This document shows positions 19,320 through 29,045 of a stretch of DNA of 64,000 bases, one piece after another. Each line of letters opens with the position of its first letter. Positions within the stretch are counted from its first letter, which is position 1. A program made the translations under genes and the position numbers. The stretch is from Candidatus Eiseniibacteriota bacterium (GTDB taxonomy: Bacteria > Eisenbacteria > RBG-16-71-46 > CAIMUX01 > VGJL01). Location: NCBI GenBank assembly GCA_041946735.1, contig JBHGAY010000011.1, forward strand, positions 32,001 to 96,000, given 5' to 3'. The notes under the pieces are model-generated. The model had not been told where the DNA came from. It searched no databases and was given only the letters and a program-made list of their open reading frames with translations.

Positions 19320-20642
19320 ATGTTCAAGAACGCGAAGCTTCGTCTCGCAGCGCTTCGTCTCGCAGCGCTCCGGTTCGCTGTAATCGGGCCGGCCGCTCTG
19401 ATCGCTCTGGCCGCCCTCGCCCCGCCCTCCTCGGGGCAGATCGATCCCGAGCGGCTGCGCGACCTGGTCGAGCGTCTTGCCGATCCGTCCCTCGAAGGCC
19501 GCGGCATCGGGACCGTTGGGATCGACCGGGCCTCGGAGATCGTGGCGAGCTGCATGCAGCAGGCAGGGCTCGTTCCCGGCGGCCCGGACGGAGGCTGGTA
19601 CCAGACCTTCGCGCCGGGCCCCTCCGGAATCGAAGGGGCGGTGCGACTTCCGCCGGGGACGGCCTGGGGCGGGCTCCAGCTTCGCAACGTGCTCGGCATC
19701 TTGCGAGGATCCGGCGAGGACTGGGTCCTCCTCGGCGCCCACTACGACCATCTCGGCGAGGACGGCTCCGGCGACGTCTATCCGGGAGCGGACGACAACG
19801 CGTCGGGCGTCGCGGTCCTCTGCGAGGTGGCGCGGGAGCTGGCGCAGGAAGCGCCGCGACCGCGGAGCGTCCTGTTCGTTGCGTTCACCGGAGAGGAGGA
19901 GAACCTCCTCGGCTCGCGCTGGTATGTCAGGAACCCGGCCGAGCCCCTCGAGAAGACGATCGCCATGGTCAATCTCGACACGATCGGCCGCGTGCAGGAC
20001 AAGAAGCTATACGTTTTCGGAACCGCGAGCGCCGTCGAGCTTCCCTCGATCCTGCGCGACGTCGATCTCGGCTTCTCCTTCGACCTCGCCATGCCGGAGC
20101 GCGCGCCGATGGCATCGGATCACGTCGCCTTCCTCGAGGCGGGCGTGCCCGCGATCCACATTTTCTCGGGGCCGAACGCCGACTATCACCGGCTCTCCGA
20201 CGTGCCGGAGCGCCTCGACTACGACGCGCTCGCGGAGGTGGGGGAGTTCGTGGCCGAGACGGTCCGCTTCCTCGCGGAGCGCGCGGAGCCGCTGACCTAC
20301 GTGCCGCCTCCGCCGCCAGACACGACGAAGGCGGGTGGTCCTGGAGAGCGCCCGCGTCCCGAGCCGCAGGCGCCGCGCCGCGTCAGTCTCGGCACCATTC
20401 CGGACTTCGCGTGGCAGGGGCAGGGGGTGAAGATCAGCGGCGTCCTTCCCGGAAGTCCGGCGGAGAAGGCGGGAATGAAGGCGGGGGACACGATCGTCCG
20501 GATCGGCGAGGAAACGGTCGCGACCCTCGAGGACTTCACCGCGGTGCTGCGCGAACACGAGCCGGGCGATACGATCCGCGTCGTCTTCGACCGGGATGGC
20601 AAGGAGCAGTCGATCAGCGCCGTCCTCGTCGAGCGGAAATAG
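19320..20642 (+). CDS. Secreted M28 peptidase with C-terminal PDZ domain
   Basis: GAHYDHLG, GADDNASG, FTGEEE, NLDTIGR, SDH, YH; PDZ SLGTIPDF...GSPAEKAG. Confidence 0.92.
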   Translation: MFKNAKLRLAALRLAALRFAVIGPAALIALAALAPPSSGQIDPERLRDLVERLADPSLEGRGIGTVGIDRASEIVASCMQQAGLVPGGPDGGWYQTFAPGPSGIEGAVRLPPGTAWGGLQLRNVLGILRGSGEDWVLLGAHYDHLGEDGSGDVYPGADDNASGVAVLCEVARELAQEAPRPRSVLFVAFTGEEENLLGSRWYVRNPAEPLEKTIAMVNLDTIGRVQDKKLYVFGTASAVELPSILRDVDLGFSFDLAMPERAPMASDHVAFLEAGVPAIHIFSGPNADYHRLSDVPERLDYDALAEVGEFVAETVRFLAERAEPLTYVPPPPPDTTKAGGPGERPRPEPQAPRRVSLGTIPDFAWQGQGVKISGVLPGSPAEKAGMKAGDTIVRIGEETVATLEDFTAVLREHEPGDTIRVVFDRDGKEQSISAVLVERK

Positions 20643-20719
20643 CGGGCGGGAATGAGCAAGAAACGGCCGCCGCAGCCTTCGCCGCGGCGGCCGCACCGTA
20701 CCCGGTCTCGAACGATCTC

Positions 20720-22468
20720 TCAGCCCAGGCGCTTCTCGAGGGCGTCCGCCTGGCGTGCCATCTCGGCGGGGAGCTTCTCGCCGAAGCGGGCGAAGAACTC
20801 GCGCATGCCGGTCAGCTCCTGCTTCCACTCCGTCTTGTCGACGGCGAGCAGCTGCCGCATGGCTGCCGGCGCGATGTCGAGGCCGGAGAGGTCGAGCGCT
20901 CCCTCCCCCGGAACCAGACCGATCGGAGTCTCGACGGCGCTTCCCTTGTCGTTGACCCGCTCCAGGATCCAGCGGAGCACGCGCAGGTTCTCGCCGTAGC
21001 CCGGCCAGAGGAACTTCCCGTCGGCGTCGAGCCGGAACCAGTTCACGTGAAAGATCTTCGGCATCCGGTCGGAGCAGGTGCCCATCTCGAACCAGTGGGC
21101 CCAGTAGTCGCCCATGTTGTAGCCGCAGAACGGCAGCATCGCCATCGGGTCGCGGCGCACGACGCCGACCTGGCCGGTCGCGGCCGCGGTCGTTTCGCTC
21201 GCCGCCGAAGCGCCGACGAAAACTCCGTGGCTCCAGTCGAACGATTGGTAGACGAGCGGCGCGAGGTGCGCGCGGCGCCCGCCGAAGATGATCGCCGAGA
21301 TCGGAACGCCCTGCGGATCTTCCCAGTGGGGGGAGATCGACGGGCATTGGCCCGCCGGGGCGGTGAAGCGGGAGTTGGGATGGGCGGCCTTCTCCGTGCT
21401 GCCCGGCATCCAGCGGTTCCCCTTCCAGTCGATCAGGCCGGTCTCGGGCGGCGGATATCCGATCCCTTCCCACCACGGCAGCATGTCGTCGGTGAGGGCG
21501 ACGTTCGTGAAGAGCGAGTTTCTCTCCATGCTGCGCATCGCATTGGGATTCGTCTTCATGCTCGTGCCGGGAGCCACGCCGAAGAATCCGTGCTCCGGGT
21601 TGATCGCGTAGAGCCGGCCGTCGGGACCGAACTTCATCCAGGCGATATCGTCGCCGACCGTCCAGATCTTCCAGCCGGGCATCGAGTCGGGAGGGACGAG
21701 CATGGCGAGGTTCGTCTTGCCGCAAGCGCTCGGGAAGGCGGCCGCCATGTAGGTCACCTCGCCCTCCGGGCTCTCGAGCCCGAGGATCAGCATGTGCTCG
21801 GCGAGCCATCCCTGATCGCGCGCCATGACCGAGGCGATCCGCAGCGCGTAGCACTTCTTGCCGAGGAGCGCGTTGCCGCCGTAGCCCGATCCGATCGACC
21901 AGATTTCACGATCGTCGGGAAAGTGAAGGATGAAACGGCGGTCGGGCGAGAGATCCCCGAGGGAGTGGAAGCCCTTGCAGTAGTCGGTGGAGTCGCCGAG
22001 CTGTTCGAGAGCGGCGGTCCCCATGCGGGTCATGATCCGCATGTTCTCGACAACGTACAGGCTGTCGGTGATCTCGACGCCGACCTTGCTGATCGGCGAG
22101 CCGAGCGGGCCCATGACATAGGGGATCACGTACATCGTCCGTCCCTTCATGCAACCTTCGTAGAGGGGACGGACTCGATCCCGCGCCTCGCGCGGGCCCA
22201 TCCAATTGTTGGTCGGACCGGCGTCTTCCTTCTTCTCGCTGCAGATGAAGGTCACCTGCTCGGTGCGCGCCACGTCGGTCGGGCTGGAGCGATGGAAGAA
22301 GCAGTTGGGATACTTCTCCTCGTTCATCGGGACGAACACGCCCTGCTCGAGCGCTGGTCCCATGATCACCTTCTCGTTCTCTTCCTCCGATCCGGTGAGC
22401 CAGACGATCCGATCCGGTCTTGTCAGCTTCGCGCAGTCCTCGACCCACTTCTGCAGATCCTGATTCAT
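20720..22468 (-). CDS. pckG: Phosphoenolpyruvate carboxykinase (GTP)
   Basis: [51 protein letters not shown]. Confidence 0.97.
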   Translation of the reverse strand: MNQDLQKWVEDCAKLTRPDRIVWLTGSEEENEKVIMGPALEQGVFVPMNEEKYPNCFFHRSSPTDVARTEQVTFICSEKKEDAGPTNNWMGPREARDRVRPLYEGCMKGRTMYVIPYVMGPLGSPISKVGVEITDSLYVVENMRIMTRMGTAALEQLGDSTDYCKGFHSLGDLSPDRRFILHFPDDREIWSIGSGYGGNALLGKKCYALRIASVMARDQGWLAEHMLILGLESPEGEVTYMAAAFPSACGKTNLAMLVPPDSMPGWKIWTVGDDIAWMKFGPDGRLYAINPEHGFFGVAPGTSMKTNPNAMRSMERNSLFTNVALTDDMLPWWEGIGYPPPETGLIDWKGNRWMPGSTEKAAHPNSRFTAPAGQCPSISPHWEDPQGVPISAIIFGGRRAHLAPLVYQSFDWSHGVFVGASAASETTAAATGQVGVVRRDPMAMLPFCGYNMGDYWAHWFEMGTCSDRMPKIFHVNWFRLDADGKFLWPGYGENLRVLRWILERVNDKGSAVETPIGLVPGEGALDLSGLDIAPAAMRQLLAVDKTEWKQELTGMREFFARFGEKLPAEMARQADALEKRLG

Positions 22469-22678
22469 GGCAACCAAGCTCCTCCTCGAGTTCAACGCCG
22501 CCCATCCGACAGACCATTCTAGCGATCCCGGCGAGGGATTCGCGACCCCAAAGGCGGAACGGACGATCGGCCCCTTCCCGCGCTCGGGTGTTAGAATCGC
22601 GCGAGCGGTCACCCGGAACGCGCGGCCGGCCGGACGAAATGAGCCGTGAATCACGGGCTGCCGGGGAGGAAAGAGCGA

Positions 22679-23854
22679 GTGGACCGAGTGGAGAAGAAGC
22701 GCAAGTACCGGGTCGCCCTGGCCTTTGGAGGCCGTTCCCCGGAGCACGAGGTCTCGATCACGACCGCCGCGTCGATCGCCAAGGAGGCGGATCCGGAGCG
22801 GATCGAGATCGTGCCGATCTACATCAGCCGCGAGGGGCGATGGCTCGAGCTGGAGAGCGCGGAGCGCCTGGCCCGGCTCGCCGGGCACCTCGTGCGCGAG
22901 GGAGAGCTGGAGGGGCTCGTGCGCCGGGAAGTGCTGCTCCGCGGATCGTCCGAGGAGAATGCGCTCGTGCCGGTCGGGGGCGGCGCACAGCGAAGCTCCG
23001 GCTTGCCCGCGCAGCCGATCGACGTCCTCTTCCCGGCGCTGCACGGCCAGGGCGGCGAGGATGGAACGATCCAGGGGTTGGCCCGTCTCGCCGGGGTGCC
23101 CTGCGTCGGCGCCGGTGTGCTCGGCAGCGCGCTCGGAATGGACAAGGTTTCGATGAAGAGGATCGTGCGGGAAGCGGGAGTCCGAGTCCCTCAATTCGTT
23201 GCCTTTACTCGCTCCGAGTGGGCGGCGGATCGGCGGGCCATTTGCGAGAGGATCGTAAAAGTCCTTCCGTTTCCGGTCTTCGTGAAGCCTTCGGGAGCCG
23301 GCTCCTCGGTCGGGATCACGAAGGTCGCGGCGGCCGACGTGGCGGCGCTGGAGCGGGCGGTGGAGGATGCGATCCCGTACGACTACAGGATCCTCGTCGA
23401 GCAGGGAATCGCGGACGCGCGGGAGCTGGAGGTCGCTCTTCTCGGCAACGACGAAGCGCGCGTCTCCGTCGTCGGCGAGATCGTTCCGGGCGCCGAGTTC
23501 TACGATTACGAGGCGAAGTACATCGACGAAGGGAGCCAGGTGGTCATTCCTGCGCAGGTCCCGGCGGAGACGGCCGAGGAGGCGCGGAGGACCGCGGCGC
23601 AGGTATGGGGCCTTCTCGATCTGTCCGGCATGGCGCGCGCCGACTTTCTCCTCGAGGGAACGACCGGCCTGCTCTATTTCAACGAAGTGAACACGATCCC
23701 GGGATTCACGCCGATCAGCATGTATCCGATGCTGTGGAAGGCTTCGGGGGTGGAGTACCGCGATCTCATTACGATCCTCGTGCAGCTGGCGGTCGAGCGG
23801 CAGGAGTCGACACGGACGTGGACGTCCAGGCCCGCGCCCGGTCGGTCGACGTAG
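22679..23854 (+). CDS. ddl: D-alanine--D-alanine ligase
   Basis: [47 protein letters not shown]; exact GTG start uncertain (22646/22679/22688). Confidence 0.96.
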   Translation: MDRVEKKRKYRVALAFGGRSPEHEVSITTAASIAKEADPERIEIVPIYISREGRWLELESAERLARLAGHLVREGELEGLVRREVLLRGSSEENALVPVGGGAQRSSGLPAQPIDVLFPALHGQGGEDGTIQGLARLAGVPCVGAGVLGSALGMDKVSMKRIVREAGVRVPQFVAFTRSEWAADRRAICERIVKVLPFPVFVKPSGAGSSVGITKVAAADVAALERAVEDAIPYDYRILVEQGIADARELEVALLGNDEARVSVVGEIVPGAEFYDYEAKYIDEGSQVVIPAQVPAETAEEARRTAAQVWGLLDLSGMARADFLLEGTTGLLYFNEVNTIPGFTPISMYPMLWKASGVEYRDLITILVQLAVERQESTRTWTSRPAPGRST

Positions 23855-23901
23855 CCTGGGCCGGCCCTACTCCGATCCCGGCTCTACCCCGATCCCGGGC
23901 T

Positions 23902-24930
23902 CTACTGCCGATCCTCTTTCGGCGGCTCGACCCACTCGTTCCAGAACGGCGGGTTTGACGCGGCCGCTTCCGCCGTCACCTTCCCGTGGCCGAAGCGGTA
24001 GGTGAGATCGACCGAAGACGGCACCCCGATTCCCATCTCTCCGCCCACGACCACCGGCGCGGCCAGCGCGGCGCGGAGCGCGGCCGCGTCGACGTCGGGA
24101 TTGCCGCTGCCGTGCAGCCGGTTCACCTTGAGCTTCCGTCCCTGCTCGTTCACTCGGAGTTGCAGGATCACCACCGCCGAGTCGGCCCCGAGCGACGGCG
24201 GGACGGCCGGCAGCGGCACCGTGCGAACCGACGGGAGTGTGCGGGGGAGCCGCGGGAACAGTCCCGCCTCGACGCCACGGATGAATCGCACGCGAGCGGA
24301 GTCGCGCGCCGTCGGACTTCGCGCGACGAGGTAGAGGCTCGAAAGCGTCTCTTCGTAGTTGGTCAATGTGATTGCGCGGGTCCGCGTCCAATCCCCGATG
24401 CTGTCCGCGCAGGTCGCGACGATCACCGGCGGGTTGTAGCAGTTGCCATCCTCGCGCGTCCGCGCGTAGGGCGTCTGCAGTTCCTTGCCCGAGGTGAGAC
24501 GCAGGATCCTCTGCCGCGGAATGTAATAGTCGACGGCGCTCCAAGGGACCCAGATCATCCGGTTGCTGGACGCGTAGGCGAGCAGCCCCTCGTTGCGGAA
24601 GATGCCGCACTCCGGCACCAGATTCCAGCTCACCTCGGTCGGCTTCGTGCGGATGCTGATGTAGGCCGTCCCCATCCGGAGGTCCGCCGCGCCCAGCGTG
24701 ATCTCGCAGCGCGGGCAGGTCATGTCGGGCGAGCCTGCGGGACGGGCGATCTCGGTCTCCTGGCAAATGGGACAGAGCCACGTCTCAGTACCGGCAGAGG
24801 CGTCCGCGCCGGAGTCGGCGCCCTGTGCCTGCGCTGGAAGGGACGGGACTGCGGTCGCGAGAAGGGCGAGCAGGAAGAGCGCGATCGACAGAGGGGACCG
24901 GCAAGCGCCGCTGCGCGAAGGATTCCTCAA
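23902..24930 (-). CDS. Exported protein with N-terminal zinc ribbon and C-terminal TonB_C domain
   Basis: Signal peptide ending AQA-Q; CPIC...CPRC; VILQLRVNEQG...SGNPDVDAAALRA TonB_C pattern; TTG 24930 with GGGAGG RBS. Confidence 0.6.
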   Translation of the reverse strand: MRNPSRSGACRSPLSIALFLLALLATAVPSLPAQAQGADSGADASAGTETWLCPICQETEIARPAGSPDMTCPRCEITLGAADLRMGTAYISIRTKPTEVSWNLVPECGIFRNEGLLAYASSNRMIWVPWSAVDYYIPRQRILRLTSGKELQTPYARTREDGNCYNPPVIVATCADSIGDWTRTRAITLTNYEETLSSLYLVARSPTARDSARVRFIRGVEAGLFPRLPRTLPSVRTVPLPAVPPSLGADSAVVILQLRVNEQGRKLKVNRLHGSGNPDVDAAALRAALAAPVVVGGEMGIGVPSSVDLTYRFGHGKVTAEAAASNPPFWNEWVEPPKEDRQ

Positions 24931-25171
24931 GAGACGACCTCCCGAGCCACGTCGCCGGCGCCGCGTAACGAGCGGCGGACGGCGGGGGCGACGCGACCGA
25001 GCATACCAGCCGGCCGATTCGGCCTCCAGCGGCGCGTCGAGGCGAAGGCAGAGGGAAGCGTGGAAACGGAGGGGGTGCTGTGGTGGCGGAAGGCAACGCA
25101 GGGTCCGAGGGATGGTTTGCGGCCAGGAAGGGGAATGTACGAGGGGCGGGCGCTGTGCGATGCTTCGTCCC

Positions 25172-25705
25172 ATGCGACGGAATCCGAGGCGATCGGCCGG
25201 TGCGCGGGCGGGAGAGCGGATTGTAGGCAAGGCCGTCCGTCCATCCACACGGCGCCCGACCATTTCGGAGACCTACCAGCGAATCTGGCGCGTGGCCGCG
25301 CGGATCCCGCGCGGACGCGTCGCGACCTACGGTCTCCTTGCCGAGCTGGCCGGGCTCCCGCGCCAGCCGCGGCTGGCCGGATACGCGATGCGGCATGTTC
25401 CCGACGGCTCCGGCGTTCCCTGGCATCGGGTCATCAACGCGCGCGGCGAGATCTCGCGCCGCGCGAGCGCGTTCCCGGGCGAGGGGGAATCGCTGCAGCG
25501 CATCCTGCTGGAGAGAGAAGGCATCCGCTTCGACGCGAGCGGCCGCTGCGACCTCGCCCGCTACCTCTGGCGCCCGCGCGTGCGCGAGGGAAGAGGTCGC
25601 TCCGCCGCGCCCGCGGCTGGCGCGGTGCCGCCGAGGCCTCGCGCGAAGCTGCCGGCGTCTCGCACCAAGCTGCCGGCGCCTCGCGCGGCGCGCCGGCGAC
25701 CCTGA
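25172..25705 (+). CDS. Alkyltransferase-like protein (ATL/YbaZ, MGMT family)
   Basis: IPRGRVATYG and PWHRVIN (Trp replaces the catalytic Cys), QRILLEREGI; start uncertain. Confidence 0.88.
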   Translation: MRRNPRRSAGARAGERIVGKAVRPSTRRPTISETYQRIWRVAARIPRGRVATYGLLAELAGLPRQPRLAGYAMRHVPDGSGVPWHRVINARGEISRRASAFPGEGESLQRILLEREGIRFDASGRCDLARYLWRPRVREGRGRSAAPAAGAVPPRPRAKLPASRTKLPAPRAARRRP

Positions 25706-25750
25706 AGAAGTCCCCCGGGCCAGAAAGTCCGCTGGAGAACTGCCCCTCGA

Positions 25751-26593
25751 TCAGCGGTTCCCTTCGTAGGCCCGCCGGGTCTCCTCGCGAGCCTTGTGCT
25801 CGGTCTCGACTCGTTGCTCGGGAATGTGCAAGGAGTCTCGGATCAGCTGCACGACCTCGTCCGGATCGTCACAGATATGAAAGAGATCGAGATCGGCCGG
25901 CGCGACCTTCCCCTCCGCCAGCATCGCGCTCCTCAGCCAATCGAGGAGGCCCGCCCAGTAGGCGGAGCCGAAGAGGATCACCGGGAAGTTCTTGACCTTT
26001 CCGGTCTGGATCAACGTGAGCGACTCGAAGAATTCGTCCATCGTTCCGAAACCGCCGGGGAAGATCACGAACGCGCAGGCGTACTTCACCAGCATGGTCT
26101 TGCGCACGAAGAAGTAGCGGAAGTCGACCGCGACGTCGACGTAGGGGTTGAGCTTCTGCTCGAACGGCAACTCGATGTTCAGTCCCACCGAGACCGCTCC
26201 CGCCTCGCGCGCGCCGCGGTTCGCCGCCTCCATGATCCCCGGGCCGCCGCCCGTGATGATCGGGAAGCCGGCGCGGCCGAGGGCTCGCGCGACTTCCGCC
26301 GCCGCCGCCATCATCGGATCGGGCTCGCGGGTGCGGGCCGAGCCGAAGATCGTGACTGCGGGAGGCATGCCGGCGAGCGCATCGAAGCCGGCGACGAACT
26401 CCCCCATGATCCGCAGCACGCGCCACGGATCGGTTTCGGTGAAGACAGCTTCTTCCGGGTGCGGAATGGAGAGGAGATGCTCGTCCTCCGTCTTCTTGCC
26501 GGTCCTGGCCGGGCGGTTCAGCGACGGAGCATCCTGCGGCTTCGGCTTCTCCGCATCGTTCCCGCGCTTGCCCGGGCCACGCGCTTTCGCCAT
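25751..26593 (-). CDS. LOG family protein (TIGR00730; nucleotide 5'-monophosphate nucleosidase)
   Basis: TGGGPGIMEAANRGA, YFFVRKTM, PGGFGTMDE. Confidence 0.95.
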   Translation of the reverse strand: MAKARGPGKRGNDAEKPKPQDAPSLNRPARTGKKTEDEHLLSIPHPEEAVFTETDPWRVLRIMGEFVAGFDALAGMPPAVTIFGSARTREPDPMMAAAAEVARALGRAGFPIITGGGPGIMEAANRGAREAGAVSVGLNIELPFEQKLNPYVDVAVDFRYFFVRKTMLVKYACAFVIFPGGFGTMDEFFESLTLIQTGKVKNFPVILFGSAYWAGLLDWLRSAMLAEGKVAPADLDLFHICDDPDEVVQLIRDSLHIPEQRVETEHKAREETRRAYEGNR

Positions 26594-26641
26594 CGACTTC
26601 TCCTCGGTTGCGCGCGCCGGCGTTGCGCGGCGCGCCGCCGG

Positions 26642-27103
26642 TTAGCGGATCGCACCTTCCTTGCCGAGCAGGCGGCGGAGCAACCCGAGCTGTCCGGCGT
26701 GGTAGGACTCGTGGAAATGCAGGAAGGCCAGGCGGTCGCCGAGCGTGCCGTCCTTGACCTGCGTCGCGAGCCGCTCCGCTGTCAGATCGGAGATCGCCGC
26801 GAGGAGGCGATCTTGAGAACGGTCGAGATCGGAGAGGATCCGCTCGAACCGGATCGGATCGGCCACGTCGCCGGCGGCGCCGCGCTGATAGGGAGCCGCT
26901 TCTGTGTCGCTCCAGACCGGCTCGGCCTCGAGCAGGCGCAGCGCTCCGTTACGGGTAGCGACGAGGTGCCCGAGGATCCAGTTCATGCTGTTCCCGCCTG
27001 GCTCGGGCTTCCGGAGGCTCTCCTCGTGCGTGATTCCGTCCGTGTTGACGTGGAGCACGCGATGGACGAGTCCGAAGAGCGACGCCAGAGATTCGGCCTG
27101 CAT
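26642..27103 (-). CDS. DinB/YfiT family protein
   Basis: NSMNWILGHL and FHESYHAGQ His triad. Confidence 0.88.
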   Translation of the reverse strand: MQAESLASLFGLVHRVLHVNTDGITHEESLRKPEPGGNSMNWILGHLVATRNGALRLLEAEPVWSDTEAAPYQRGAAGDVADPIRFERILSDLDRSQDRLLAAISDLTAERLATQVKDGTLGDRLAFLHFHESYHAGQLGLLRRLLGKEGAIR

Positions 27104-27320
27104 CTCTTTCCCCTTTCTCCCTTCGATCGGGATAGCGGACGGGACGGCGGGCGCGCACCCGCGACGTCTGCGCGGCCCTGGGCGCGGCCCCTGGCCGCTT
27201 CGACGGATAGGCTACCATGGTCCGGATAGCCGCCGGCCGGAAGCCGTCCGCCGACGGAAGCCGTCCGCCGGGCCGGATACCGTCCGGATCGTCTCACCAA
27301 CGCCACGGGAGGAGAGAAGG

Positions 27321-28022
27321 ATGATCGAGATCCGCCGATCGCAGGACAGGGGCCATTTCGACCACGGCTGGCTCGACACCTACCACACCTTCTCGTTCGA
27401 CCAGTACTACGATCCCCGGTTCCAGGGCTTCCGCGTGCTCCGCGTGATCAACGAGGACCGAGTGGCCGCGGCCACCGGCTTCCCGATGCATGCGCACCGT
27501 GACATGGAGATCCTCACGTGGATTCTCGAAGGGGCGCTCGAGCACCGCGACAGCATGGGGAACGGCTCGGTGATCCGGCCGGGTGAGATCCAGCGGATGA
27601 GCGCCGGCACCGGCGTGCGCCACAGCGAGGCCAACCCGTCGAAGACCGAGCCGGTGCATCTGCTGCAGATCTGGATCCTGCCGGACCGGCGGGGCATCGA
27701 GCCCGGGTACGAGCAGACTGCGTTCGCGCCGGAGCGCCGAACCGGTCGCCTCTGTCTGCTCGCGTCGCCGGACGGCGCGGAAGGATCGGTCCGCATCCAC
27801 CAGGACGCACGGCTCTACGACGCGCTGCTCGATGCGGGAACGGATGTGGCGCACGCGATCCCCGAGGGGCGCCACGCCTGGCTGCAGGTCGCGCGGGGAT
27901 CGTTGACGCTCGGGAACGGAGAGAGGCTGGTCGCCGGCGACGGCGCGGCCGTGAGTGGGGAGCACGCGCTGGCGCTGCGCGCCGACGAGCCGGCCGAGAT
28001 CCTCGTCTTCGATCTGCCTTGA
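27321..28022 (+). CDS. Pirin family protein (YhhW-like)
   Basis: HGWLDTYHTFSF, FPMHAHRDMEI, MSAGTGVRHSE, LQIWI. Confidence 0.95.
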   Translation: MIEIRRSQDRGHFDHGWLDTYHTFSFDQYYDPRFQGFRVLRVINEDRVAAATGFPMHAHRDMEILTWILEGALEHRDSMGNGSVIRPGEIQRMSAGTGVRHSEANPSKTEPVHLLQIWILPDRRGIEPGYEQTAFAPERRTGRLCLLASPDGAEGSVRIHQDARLYDALLDAGTDVAHAIPEGRHAWLQVARGSLTLGNGERLVAGDGAAVSGEHALALRADEPAEILVFDLP

Positions 28023-28047
28023 GCCGGCCGGCCTCGGTGCACCGCGC

Positions 28048-28935
28048 ATGACGGCGAGAGCCGACGAGTCGCGCTACTGGGGCGAGCGGCAGACGTCCGA
28101 TCCTCCCGACCACCGGTTGCGCCGCCGCGCCGCTTCGCCGCAACAGCTCTGGGAAGACCCCGAGGTCGAGGCGATCGCCCGCGGCCGCTTCGTCGACCGG
28201 CTGCTTGACCGCTGCGGCCCGGAGCCGGCTCGCGTGCTCGAGCTGGCCTGCGGAGTCGGATGGCTCGCGCTCGAACTCGCCCGGCGCGGCCACGACGTCC
28301 TCGGGATGGACATTTCCGAGCAAAGGATCGTACAAGCCCGTCTCTACGCAGAGCGGATCGCCCCTCGCGAGCCCCGCCCGCTCCGGCTGCGCTACGAGGT
28401 TGCGGACCTGAACACCGCGTTGCTCCCGGCCGAGACGTTCGACCGCATCGTCTGCTGGGACGGCCTGCATCACATCGCCGAAATCGAGCGCCTGCTGATG
28501 CAGGCGCATCGCTCTCTCCGCCCCGGCGGCAGGCTTCTCGCCTTCGACCATGTCGGCCCCCGCAGTCCCCTTCAGGGATGGATCGATCGAGGGGCGGCGG
28601 TTCTGGTAACCGCAGCCTGCCGGCCGGGCTCGCTCCCGCGGCTCTTCCGCGCCGAGGCGAGCGGCAGCGAGCACGCGGAATCGGAGGGCGCTGCGGGGCG
28701 CGAGATCGTCTCGCTCGTGCGCGAGATCTTCGGCGCCCCGAACGTAGGGACCGAGGAGGCGCTCGGCTTCGGCAAGCGCTGGCTCGCACGCCTGCGCGGG
28801 CCTCGGTCGGCTCGGCTCAGCTTCGTCCGTGGGGCGGTCGCGTTCGACCGGCTCCTCCTCCGTTGTCGCATCACGACGGGCGAGTACCTCTATCTCGAGG
28901 CGCGAAAACAGCAGAAGCGGCGGAAGCAGACCTGA
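28048..28935 (+). CDS. Class I SAM-dependent methyltransferase
   Basis: VLELACGVG, GMDIS, LHHI, LRPGG. Confidence 0.85.
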   Translation: MTARADESRYWGERQTSDPPDHRLRRRAASPQQLWEDPEVEAIARGRFVDRLLDRCGPEPARVLELACGVGWLALELARRGHDVLGMDISEQRIVQARLYAERIAPREPRPLRLRYEVADLNTALLPAETFDRIVCWDGLHHIAEIERLLMQAHRSLRPGGRLLAFDHVGPRSPLQGWIDRGAAVLVTAACRPGSLPRLFRAEASGSEHAESEGAAGREIVSLVREIFGAPNVGTEEALGFGKRWLARLRGPRSARLSFVRGAVAFDRLLLRCRITTGEYLYLEARKQQKRRKQT

Positions 28936-29045
28936 GAACCGCCGCCGGGGCGGCGCCGCCAAACGACGAGCCCGGCCGACCGAGGGAGTCGAACCGGGCC
29001 GCCGCGCCCCGCCGAGCGGGGCCTTACCGGATTCGCGGGTTCCGT

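Noticed and set aside
18791..22522. 1243-aa + strand ORF and many other long Arg/Ala/Pro-rich ORFs (e.g. 6311-8227, 11041-12960, 15084-17096, 23986-25995, 45352-46929)
   Set aside because: Shadow ORFs antisense or out of frame to clearly identified genes, as expected in high-GC DNA; no family motifs.
25172..25705. Active O6-methylguanine methyltransferase (ogt)
   Set aside because: The motif is PWHRV rather than PCHRV, so there is no acceptor Cys.
28960..29035. GGTTCGACTCC (tRNA T-loop-like) on the minus strand
   Set aside because: The flanking bases do not form a 5-bp T-stem and no acceptor or anticodon arms are evident.
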